64,000 nucleotides of DNA from Chitinophagaceae bacterium. GTDB taxonomy: Bacteria; Bacteroidota; Bacteroidia; Chitinophagales; Chitinophagaceae. The DNA is taken from assembly GCA_031374245.1 (NCBI GenBank), contig JANMFO010000206.1, positions 909 to 64,908 of the forward strand, given 5' to 3'. Every line of letters begins with the position of its first letter. Position 1 is the stretch's first letter. The translations under genes and the position numbers were made by a program. The notes under the pieces were generated by a model. The model saw only the letters and a list, made by a program, of their open reading frames with translations. It did not search any database and was not told the origin of the DNA. Below are positions 56,446 to 64,000 of this stretch, in pieces.

Positions 56446-57213
56446 ATGCAAAAACTCTCTGTTGTTATTATTTGTAAAAATTCAGCCGGGGTGATGAAAA
56501 AAACATTGCAAAGTTTTGCAGGGCTTACTGATGATATTGTGGTATATGATAATGGCAGTACAGATGGAACACAAGAAATAGTAAAACAAGTTGGTGCCAA
56601 TCTTTTCAGCGGAAGCTGGGAAGGTTTTGGCAAAACGAAGAATAAGGCCAACAGCCTGGCAAAATATAACTGGATATTGAGCCTTGATGCAGACGAGGCT
56701 ATTGATGATGAACTAAAACTCTCATTACAACAACTGCCTTGCAACAGCGAAAAAACAGTTTATGATTTATTATTTAGAAATTTTGTTGGCAACAGGTATT
56801 TGAAATACGGGGAATGGGGAAGAGACCATCATATCCGTTTATTTAACCGGAATGATGTAACCTGGAATGATGCAGCCGTGCATGAGCAACTTATCATTCC
56901 CGATGGCATACAGGTACAAAGATTAAAAGGCTATGTATTACATCGAACAGCCAGTAATTTTCAGGAGTTTGAAAATAAAATGGTTGGATACGCATCACTC
57001 AATGCCCAAAAATATTTCAGGCAAGGAAAAAAATCGTCGTGGGGTAAGCGATGGCTGTCAACAATATTTTCTTTTTTACAGAATTATATTTTTCGCCTTG
57101 GTTTTTTAGATGGTAAGCCCGGGTTTGCTAGTGCCCGCATCACAGCACGGTACACTTTTTTAAAATATTCAAAACTGAAAGAACTTAACCGGCAGTCAGC
57201 AGGGAGTTCTTAA
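56446..57213 (+). CDS. Glycosyltransferase family 2
   Basis: LSVVIICKN..., YDNGSTDGT and SLDADE motifs. Confidence 0.8.
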   Translation: MQKLSVVIICKNSAGVMKKTLQSFAGLTDDIVVYDNGSTDGTQEIVKQVGANLFSGSWEGFGKTKNKANSLAKYNWILSLDADEAIDDELKLSLQQLPCNSEKTVYDLLFRNFVGNRYLKYGEWGRDHHIRLFNRNDVTWNDAAVHEQLIIPDGIQVQRLKGYVLHRTASNFQEFENKMVGYASLNAQKYFRQGKKSSWGKRWLSTIFSFLQNYIFRLGFLDGKPGFASARITARYTFLKYSKLKELNRQSAGSS

Positions 57214-57254
57214 ATTTACAACTGCTGATAGCCTTTTATATACGTAAACTGAGT

Positions 57255-57890
57255 ATGACTAATTTCATTCCCATATTTCCACTTGGTATTGTTGTGTATC
57301 CCGGTGAAGACCTTAACCTGCATATTTTTGAACCAAGGTATAAGCAGCTTATCAATGAGTGCCATGCCGCAAAAAAGCCATTTGGCATACCCACAGTCAT
57401 TGCAAATAAAATGCAGGACTATGGTTCAATTGTAGAAATAGCCGAACTGTCGCAAGTGTATGATAATGGAGAGATGGATATAAAAACAAGAGGAGTGAAA
57501 GTTTTTCGCATACTGGAAGTAATAAAAGAATTACCTGAAAAATTATACAGTGGGGCTATTGTAAATTATCCTGATAACTATGAAACAGGTATTCCTGAAT
57601 TAATGCGAAAAATTATGACCAGCATCCGGGAGCTGCATCAGTTGCTGAAAGTGAATAAAGATTTCAAGAAGCCGGATTCATCAATAAATGTGTATGAACT
57701 GGCCCATCATGTGGGTTTATCACTGGAAGAAGAATATGAACTGCTGAGCCTGTTAGATGAGCGGCAGCGACAGGAATACCTGAAAAGACATTTGACCAAA
57801 GTAATCCCCATGCTGACAGGTATGGAGCTGCTGAAAGAAAAAATAAAATTGAATGGTCATTTTAAAAATCTGGGCGGGTTTGATATTTAA
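57255..57890 (+). CDS. LON substrate-binding (LON_N) domain protein
   Basis: IPIFPLGIVVYPGEDLNLHIFEPRY is the typical LON_N start. There is no ATPase or protease domain. Confidence 0.75.
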   Translation: MTNFIPIFPLGIVVYPGEDLNLHIFEPRYKQLINECHAAKKPFGIPTVIANKMQDYGSIVEIAELSQVYDNGEMDIKTRGVKVFRILEVIKELPEKLYSGAIVNYPDNYETGIPELMRKIMTSIRELHQLLKVNKDFKKPDSSINVYELAHHVGLSLEEEYELLSLLDERQRQEYLKRHLTKVIPMLTGMELLKEKIKLNGHFKNLGGFDI

Positions 57891-57916
57891 TATTGGCCTG
57901 ACTGAAAAATATACTC

Positions 57917-58645
57917 ATGTCTACAACACTCTGTTTTGATTTTGGTAATACAAGAAAAAAAGTAGCTGTTTTTAACGAAGCGGAAATAGTAAAGGCTATT
58001 GTATTGCCCGATGATTCTGTTAAAACTATTCAATCCCTCATCAATGAGTTTCAACCAACGAAATCAATTCTTTCTTCTGTAGTTGATCATAACACAGCTA
58101 TTGAAGAGTTGCTGGCCTCCAAAACAAAATTTCATAAACTCAGCCACCTTACCAGAGTTTCATTTACCACGCCTGTTGGCAAACCAGAAACTATCGGTGC
58201 TGACAGATTAGCCTTATGTGGGGCAGCGGTTCATTATTATCCCACAACAAATAACCTGGTAATAGGTATGGGTTCCTGTGTTACCTACAACTTCATTAAT
58301 AAATATCATGAGTTTGTTGGCGGTGCTATTTCTCCCGGATTGGAAATGAGGCTGAAGGCCCTTAATTATTATACGGCCAAGCTGCCCTTAGTAAAGGCAG
58401 ACAGCAATCTTCCCCTGATTGGCTACGATACTACCACCAATATACTGACCGGAGTGGTGCTGGGACTGGCCAAAGAAATAGATGGATTTATAGAAGCTTA
58501 CAGGGAGCGGTTCCGGAACTTTAACGTGCTGTTAACCGGGGGTGATATAGTCTATTTGGGTTCACACCTTAAAAACAAGATATTTGCAGACCCTGATTTA
58601 ATATTTAAAGGTCTGTATGCAATTAGCGAAGTTAATAACCCCTAA
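57917..58645 (+). CDS. coaX: Type III pantothenate kinase
   Basis: FDFGNTRKK, GADR and TGG motifs. Confidence 0.9.
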   Translation: MSTTLCFDFGNTRKKVAVFNEAEIVKAIVLPDDSVKTIQSLINEFQPTKSILSSVVDHNTAIEELLASKTKFHKLSHLTRVSFTTPVGKPETIGADRLALCGAAVHYYPTTNNLVIGMGSCVTYNFINKYHEFVGGAISPGLEMRLKALNYYTAKLPLVKADSNLPLIGYDTTTNILTGVVLGLAKEIDGFIEAYRERFRNFNVLLTGGDIVYLGSHLKNKIFADPDLIFKGLYAISEVNNP

Positions 58646-60035
58646 GAAAATCAAGACGTTACGAGATTTACAAGGTACGTTTGTGATTTTGATTCTTACT
58701 GCTTTCTCACCTGTTTTCGGACAGGATAACTCACCGTACTCCCGTTATGGGGTAGGTGATTTGGTTCCTCCAACCCATATTATTAACCGGGCTTTGGGTG
58801 GCGTATCGGCAGCTTATTCCGACCAATTGTCTATTAATTTTAATAACCCGGCCTCATATTCTTCCTTTCAGGGAAATAAAGAGCTCAAATCGAAAAAACT
58901 TAGTTCTGGCAGGGCTATACTGGATATCGGAATAAACTTTGAAGGCCGCACACTAAGAGAGCCAGCTACTTCCAAAAAATTTGTGGCTAATAATGCTTTG
59001 TTTTCATATGTGCAGGTAGGTGTTCCGTTGAAACAAAGCTGGGGCTTAAGCTTTGGCCTTCGCCCTATTTCAAGAATCAGCTATAAAATGTTCAATTCCC
59101 AAAGATTAAAAGACCCGCTTACTGGTCTACCTATCGACAGTGCCCTTACCCGTTTTGAAGGAGATGGTGGTTCTTACCTCGCATCAATTGGTACCGGCTT
59201 TAGCTTGTTCAAAAGAGAGAAGTATAAAATGGAAGAAAAGCTCAGCGTAGGAATAAATGGTGGGTATTTATTTGGCGAAAAAGATTACAGCACTAAAAGA
59301 ACATTTATTAATAATACGATAGAGTATGCACAGGCTAATTATGAATCTAAAACAAACTTTGGTAACCTTTACTTCAATGCTGGTGTGCAATACAGGTTGC
59401 CACTTAATACCAATATTGCATTGACAATTGGAGCCTATGGTAACTGGGGACAAAAGCTGAATGCCACGCAGGATATTTTGAGGGAAACATTTCGGTATGA
59501 TGCTACCTTAGGAGATCTAAGATTAGACAGCGTATCTGAAAAAAGAGATATTAAAGGAAAAATAGAAATGCCTTCTTCTTTCACTTTTGGTTTTGTATTG
59601 CAGAAGTATCCTATACCAGCAAAGGAAGGTGGCTGGTTGATTGCATTAGATTTTTCTCAGCAAAATTGGGATAACTACCGCTTTTACGGACAAAAAGATT
59701 CTGTAAGAAATAAATGGGAAATAAAAGCAGGGGCACAACTGAACCCTGTACCCAAAAGAAATTATTTCAGCCAGGTAGCCTATCGGTTTGGGTTTTCTCT
59801 GGGGCCCGACTACATTAATGTGGGAAATAAATTATCACAGATTACCACCTCATTTGGTTTAGGACTTCCTATGGCATTAAGCCGTCAGGCGCCTAATCAG
59901 TTATCAATTATCAATTTAGCGGTTGAGTATATCAAAAGGGGAAATAACGATAACTTGTTGAAAGAAAATATGTTCAGAGTTTCACTTGGTTTATCTCTTA
60001 GTGATATCTGGTTTATTAAAAGGAAATATGAATAG
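58617..60035 (+). CDS. Outer-membrane beta-barrel protein, function unknown
   Basis: Signal sequence, then the NSPYSRYGVGDL motif and a beta-strand-rich sequence. Located upstream of lptC. Confidence 0.55.
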   Translation: MQLAKLITPKKIKTLRDLQGTFVILILTAFSPVFGQDNSPYSRYGVGDLVPPTHIINRALGGVSAAYSDQLSINFNNPASYSSFQGNKELKSKKLSSGRAILDIGINFEGRTLREPATSKKFVANNALFSYVQVGVPLKQSWGLSFGLRPISRISYKMFNSQRLKDPLTGLPIDSALTRFEGDGGSYLASIGTGFSLFKREKYKMEEKLSVGINGGYLFGEKDYSTKRTFINNTIEYAQANYESKTNFGNLYFNAGVQYRLPLNTNIALTIGAYGNWGQKLNATQDILRETFRYDATLGDLRLDSVSEKRDIKGKIEMPSSFTFGFVLQKYPIPAKEGGWLIALDFSQQNWDNYRFYGQKDSVRNKWEIKAGAQLNPVPKRNYFSQVAYRFGFSLGPDYINVGNKLSQITTSFGLGLPMALSRQAPNQLSIINLAVEYIKRGNNDNLLKENMFRVSLGLSLSDIWFIKRKYE

Positions 60036-60603
60036 TTTTTCTTTTCATAAAAAAATAATTTACGCAGCAGCTCTTATTACAGGCTGCTGTTTTGTTTCTG
60101 CTTGCGAGAATGACGAAAAGAAAATAGCGGACTATACAAAGAATATAGTGATGAAAGAAGAGGCTACAGATATTGAAAGCTATCTGAGCCAGTCTGGTAA
60201 AATGAAGGCGAAACTTAAAGCTCCGTTGATGTACCGGGTAAGTGCAGACACCTTATATGTAGAATTTCCCAACAGCATGCATGTTGATTTCTATGATGAC
60301 AGCACCAAAGTGGAAACATGGCTGGATAGTAAATACGGTAAATATTATGAAGGCCTGGGCAAAGTGTACCTGCGGGATAGTGTGGTAGTGATTACTGTAA
60401 AAGGGGATACACTAAGAAGCCCCGACCTCTGGTGGGATCAGAATACAAAACTTTTTTATACTGATAAATACGCCATTTATCATGGTAAAGGGAAAAGTAT
60501 TTATGGGGGGAAAGGGTTAGTAGCTACACAAGATTTAAAGAGCCTGACGTTCAATCAACCAACCGGAACGGTGCAGGTTTCTGATAATGGGTTGCCTAAA
60601 TAA
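60028..60603 (+). CDS. lptC: LPS export periplasmic protein LptC-like (lipoprotein)
   Basis: Lipobox FVSAC, OstA/LptC-like beta-jellyroll pattern and size. ATG 60028 overlaps the upstream stop (ATGAATAG). Confidence 0.6.
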   Translation: MNSFSFHKKIIYAAALITGCCFVSACENDEKKIADYTKNIVMKEEATDIESYLSQSGKMKAKLKAPLMYRVSADTLYVEFPNSMHVDFYDDSTKVETWLDSKYGKYYEGLGKVYLRDSVVVITVKGDTLRSPDLWWDQNTKLFYTDKYAIYHGKGKSIYGGKGLVATQDLKSLTFNQPTGTVQVSDNGLPK

Positions 60604-60685
60604 TGCCCCTCTGGGATTATTTTATACTAATCTTCTATCAGTATCTTTAGTATACCTATAAACGTTACAAGTAAAACGATAAACT

Positions 60686-61504
60686 ATGTCATTTAAAAAC
60701 AAAACTGTTCTTATTACCGGCGGCACCCGTGGTATTGGTAAAGCTATGGCACTACGCCTGGCTAAAGAAGGAGCCAATATTGTTATTGCAGCCAAAAGTG
60801 TGGAAGAAAATGCCAAACTTGGCGGAACTATTTTTTCTGCTGCTGCTGAAGTGGAAGCAGCGGGTGGTAAAGCATTAGCTGTGCAATGTGATATTCGTTT
60901 TGAAGACCAGATACAGAATGTGGTCGATAAAACTATTGCAACATTTGGTGGTCTTGATATATTAGTCAACAACGCATCTGCTATATCACTTACCAGTACA
61001 GAGCAAACAGAACCCAAACGGTTTGATCTGATGCATGACATCAATGTGCGGGGAACATTTTTTGTAACCAAAGCCTGCATACCTCATTTAAAAAAAGCAA
61101 CTAACCCGCATATACTTACTTTGTCTCCCCCTATCAATCTTGACCCAAAATGGTTTGACAAACATGTGGCCTATACGCTTACTAAATTTAATATGAGTAT
61201 GATGACGATTGGCTGGGCCAAAGAATTTGCCAAAGATCGAATTGCCGCCAATTCATTATGGCCAAGAACCACCATTGATACTGCTGCCGTAAGAAATTTA
61301 TTAGGCGGACAAGTGCTGGCTAATATGAGCCGCACGGTAGATATAATTGCCGATGCAGCATATTATATTTTGCGGCAGCCATCCGGTGAATGCACCGGAA
61401 ATTTATTTGTAGACGAACAGGTGCTGGCTAAAGAAGGTATTACTGATCTGGAAAAATATTCTGTTGTGCCGGGGGCACAGTTGTACACTGATTTGTTTGT
61501 TTAA
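60686..61504 (+). CDS. Short-chain dehydrogenase/reductase
   Basis: TGGTRGIGKA, NNAS and YTLTK (YxxxK) motifs. Confidence 0.85.
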   Translation: MSFKNKTVLITGGTRGIGKAMALRLAKEGANIVIAAKSVEENAKLGGTIFSAAAEVEAAGGKALAVQCDIRFEDQIQNVVDKTIATFGGLDILVNNASAISLTSTEQTEPKRFDLMHDINVRGTFFVTKACIPHLKKATNPHILTLSPPINLDPKWFDKHVAYTLTKFNMSMMTIGWAKEFAKDRIAANSLWPRTTIDTAAVRNLLGGQVLANMSRTVDIIADAAYYILRQPSGECTGNLFVDEQVLAKEGITDLEKYSVVPGAQLYTDLFV

Positions 61505-62092
61505 TTAATTTTTCTTTTTCTGGTTAAAATAAAACCGGGCACCTATGGTAAGATTAAGCCGGCTATAACCATCATATCGCTTAAATGGTTTTGACTTCCA
61601 GTAAGCAGCCTCAGTAAATAGGGAAAACTTAGAACTTATTTTCCAATTAATACCACCGCCAATCGCAGCATAAAAAGCATTGCCGCTGTAGTTATTTTGT
61701 ATACCATTGAATGTGCCAATGCCTTCGCTATAATTCCATCCTGTTTGAAATGTGAAGTATGGCTTCAGTTTGTTTTTACCAATATAATAATTAGAGTATC
61801 CATTTATACCGATTGTATATCCTTTCGTTGAGTGCAGTCCGCCAGGTTTTAGTTCATAGTTAATCCTGCTATAGTTCATACCAACTCCTATTTCCCAATT
61901 ATCCCTTATAAAATATCCTATTCCGGGGTTGAATGAAAGCTGAATGCTTTTTATTGATCTGTTGTTCTGAATACTTATCGAATTAAGGTCTCCTATATTA
62001 AAATTAGGTGCGATAGTTCCTTTTTTAAATTGTGCAAAACTCAGAAAAGAGCAAAGGCTTGCTACTGCCAGAAGGATAGGTTTTTTTTGCAT
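61505..62092 (-). CDS. Outer-membrane beta-barrel (porin-family) protein
   Basis: Signal peptide ending SFAQ, alternating beta pattern, aromatic-rich, C-terminal ...GARFYF region. Confidence 0.65.
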   Translation of the reverse strand: MQKKPILLAVASLCSFLSFAQFKKGTIAPNFNIGDLNSISIQNNRSIKSIQLSFNPGIGYFIRDNWEIGVGMNYSRINYELKPGGLHSTKGYTIGINGYSNYYIGKNKLKPYFTFQTGWNYSEGIGTFNGIQNNYSGNAFYAAIGGGINWKISSKFSLFTEAAYWKSKPFKRYDGYSRLNLTIGARFYFNQKKKN

Positions 62093-62165
62093 GTTGGTAG
62101 GTTTGCATAAAGGAACAAAACCACCTGTTAATAAAAAATAGAGAAACTGTTAATTGGGTTGTAAG

Positions 62166-62200
62166 AAAAAAGCATTCTGTCTTCAGAGCAGAATGCTTTT
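62166..62200 (-). terminator. Rho-independent terminator after 62225..62572
   Basis: AGCATTCTG-N9-CAGAATGCT hairpin flanked by A5 and T4. On the minus strand a T run follows. Confidence 0.65.
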
Positions 62201-62224
62201 GTTGTATATAGACAACCCCAACCG

Positions 62225-62572
62225 TTATTTCTTATTACCGATAATAATAGCAGCCATTGCTAAGGCAGTATCTTTTAAAACACCTGATGGATTTGTATTA
62301 AACGTTTTAATATGAATAGTAAACACAAAAATGAGTAATACGGCTGCCAGCAGATAACAGGCTAATGCTTTTTGCACATTAATAATAATAGCAATAGCAG
62401 CTAATATAAATCCTGCACCAGTCAGGTAGATATAGAGTTTGCCATCACCCGGAAACATATCTGGTACCATGCCACCCATCATATTGGCATTCTTAAAATG
62501 CAGGTAACCAAAATAAGCAATCAGCAATGCAAAAATTACTTCAGCGACTTTTGTTGGAAAAAATGGTTTCAT
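62225..62572 (-). CDS. Small 4-TM membrane protein (DoxX-like)
   Basis: 115 aa with four hydrophobic helices. DoxX-like by overall pattern only. Confidence 0.45.
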   Translation of the reverse strand: MKPFFPTKVAEVIFALLIAYFGYLHFKNANMMGGMVPDMFPGDGKLYIYLTGAGFILAAIAIIINVQKALACYLLAAVLLIFVFTIHIKTFNTNPSGVLKDTALAMAAIIIGNKK

Positions 62573-62656
62573 TATAGTTGGTTTTAGATATTGAACCTAC
62601 AACTTTTTTAAAACAGTTGCAATACAAGCGATTTTCCTGTTTACAACTTGTGCAAC

Positions 62657-62690
62657 TAAAAAAGCCATCCGGCTTTATGCTGAATGGCTT
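62657..62690 (-). terminator. Rho-independent terminator after lysS
   Basis: On the minus strand: AAGCCAT-N15-ATGGCTT followed by T6. Confidence 0.55.
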
Positions 62691-62710
62691 TACGTATAAT
62701 CACTTTTCAC

Positions 62711-64000
62711 TTATTCAGTTGATTTTTCTTGTCTTGCTTCAGGCCTCATTTGAGGGAATAACAATACATCCTGTATAGATGGCTGATTGGTTAATAGCAT
62801 ACAAAGTCTATCCACACCAAAGCCAATACCCGAAGTAGGTGGCATACCATATTCCAATGCACGGAGAAAATCATAATCAATAAACATGGCTTCATCATCA
62901 CCCCGTTCAGATAATTTCACTTGTTCTTCAAAACGTTCCCGTTGATCAATTGGATCGTTTAGTTCGCTATAGGCATTAGCAATTTCTTTTCCATTGATGA
63001 TGAGTTCAAACCGCTCCACCAAGCCTTGCTTATCTCTGTGCTTTTTTGTCAGCGGACTCATCTCCACAGGATAGTCGATAATGAAAGTAGGTTGTACATA
63101 ATTATGTTCGCATTTACCACCAAAGAGTTCATCTATCAACTTGCCTTTACCCATTGTATTGTCAACAGATATATGCAGTTGTTTACAAACAGAACGAAGT
63201 TGTTCTTCATTCATACGGCTTACATCAAAACCGGTATGCTCATGTATGGCATCATAAATGCTGATGCGTTTAAAAGGGGCTTTGAAGGAAATCGTTTTAT
63301 CACCAACTGTAACATCGGTATTTCCACAAACATCCAATGCTGCTTTCTCCAGCAGTTGTTCAGTGGTTTCCATCATCCAGAAATAATCTTTATAGGCTGT
63401 ATAAAATTCCAGGATGGTAAATTCAGGGTTATGGGTTCGGTCCATACCTTCATTGCGGAAGTTTCGGCTGAATTCATATACCCAATCAAAACCACCAACA
63501 ATCAAACGTTTTAAATAAAGTTCATTGGCGATCCGCAAATACAATGGCATGTCTAGTGCATTGTGATGTGTAATAAACGGCCTTGCAGCAGCACCACCGG
63601 GTATACTCTGCAGCACCGGTGTATCAACTTCCAAAGCACCATGATTATTTAAAAACTCACGGATGGAGTTGATAAGTTTTGTTCTCTTAAGAAATGTTTC
63701 TTTTACTGCAGGATTGATAATTAAATCAGCATACCGCTGGCGGTATTTGAATTCCGGATCGGTTACCGCATCAAAGGTTTGTCCATCAGCTTCTTTTACA
63801 ATCGGTAAGGGACGAAGTGACTTACTTAATAAAGTCAGTTCTTTTACATGAACAGAAGTTTCACCGGTTTTGGTAATGAATACATAACCCCTGATACCAA
63901 TGATATCACCAATGTCCATTAATTTTTTCCAGACGATATCATATAAAGATTTGTCTTCACCAGTACAAATGTCATCTCTTTTAAGATATAACTGTATACG
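62711..64000 (-). CDS. lysS: Lysine--tRNA ligase, class II (N-terminus beyond the window edge)
   Basis: Class II motifs (FRNEG, ...GIGFGVDRL) are present. The reading frame stays open upstream of ATG 63919 through position 64000 (…[32 protein letters not shown]). Confidence 0.95.
   Translation of the reverse strand, partial: RIQLYLKRDDICTGEDKSLYDIVWKKLMDIGDIIGIRGYVFITKTGETSVHVKELTLLSKSLRPLPIVKEADGQTFDAVTDPEFKYRQRYADLIINPAVKETFLKRTKLINSIREFLNNHGALEVDTPVLQSIPGGAAARPFITHHNALDMPLYLRIANELYLKRLIVGGFDWVYEFSRNFRNEGMDRTHNPEFTILEFYTAYKDYFWMMETTEQLLEKAALDVCGNTDVTVGDKTISFKAPFKRISIYDAIHEHTGFDVSRMNEEQLRSVCKQLHISVDNTMGKGKLIDELFGGKCEHNYVQPTFIIDYPVEMSPLTKKHRDKQGLVERFELIINGKEIANAYSELNDPIDQRERFEEQVKLSERGDDEAMFIDYDFLRALEYGMPPTSGIGFGVDRLCMLLTNQPSIQDVLLFPQMRPEARQEKSTE

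Noticed and set aside
1-64000. Search for a mobile element, prophage, defence island, toxin-antitoxin pair, CRISPR array or biosynthetic gene cluster.
   Set aside because: No integrase, transposase, recombinase, phage structural gene, cas gene, nuclease/ATPase defence module, or PKS/NRPS/RiPP enzyme ORF was recognisable. Gene content is core metabolism, respiration and envelope biogenesis.

Overview
AT-rich Bacteroidota-type chromosomal segment. Gene content suggests a Chitinophagaceae- or Sphingobacteriia-like organism, but I cannot verify the taxon from sequence alone. Almost all of it is housekeeping. Positions 2.1-18.4 kb form one co-directional 15-gene respiratory block. It holds alternative complex III (actABCDEF), followed directly by an aa3-type cytochrome c oxidase (subunits II and I, heme O synthase, two subunit-III-like genes, a subunit-IV-like gene), a SCO1 copper chaperone and a DUF420 protein. 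The rest includes purN, trmB, tandem DUF3078 paralogues (one frameshifted), Lrp and MarR regulators, an acyl-CoA dehydrogenase and the gnd-zwf-pgl operon. It also includes a korB with no korA, a frameshifted JmjC/cupin gene, tsaC, rnhB, ctaA, a membrane-anchored patatin, a lipid kinase, fabH and typA. A glycosyltransferase/methyltransferase cluster, meaB, coaX, lptC and a lysS truncated at the window edge complete it. I found no integrase, transposase, CRISPR array, rRNA, canonical tRNA or recognisable defence or toxin system, so this does not look like an accessory island. Three things are least explained by the gene list. First, an orphan promoter-to-terminator unit (about 22.04-22.28 kb, minus strand) could encode a ~195-nt RNA with a tRNA-like acceptor/T-arm module. 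Second, a ~35-nt hairpin element is repeated just upstream of the coxI and coxIII-like start codons. Third, a 318-bp repeat- and hairpin-rich spacer lies inside the oxidase operon. All three are sequence-level observations and need transcript and comparative data. Coordinates I derived by eye may be off by 1-2 nt.
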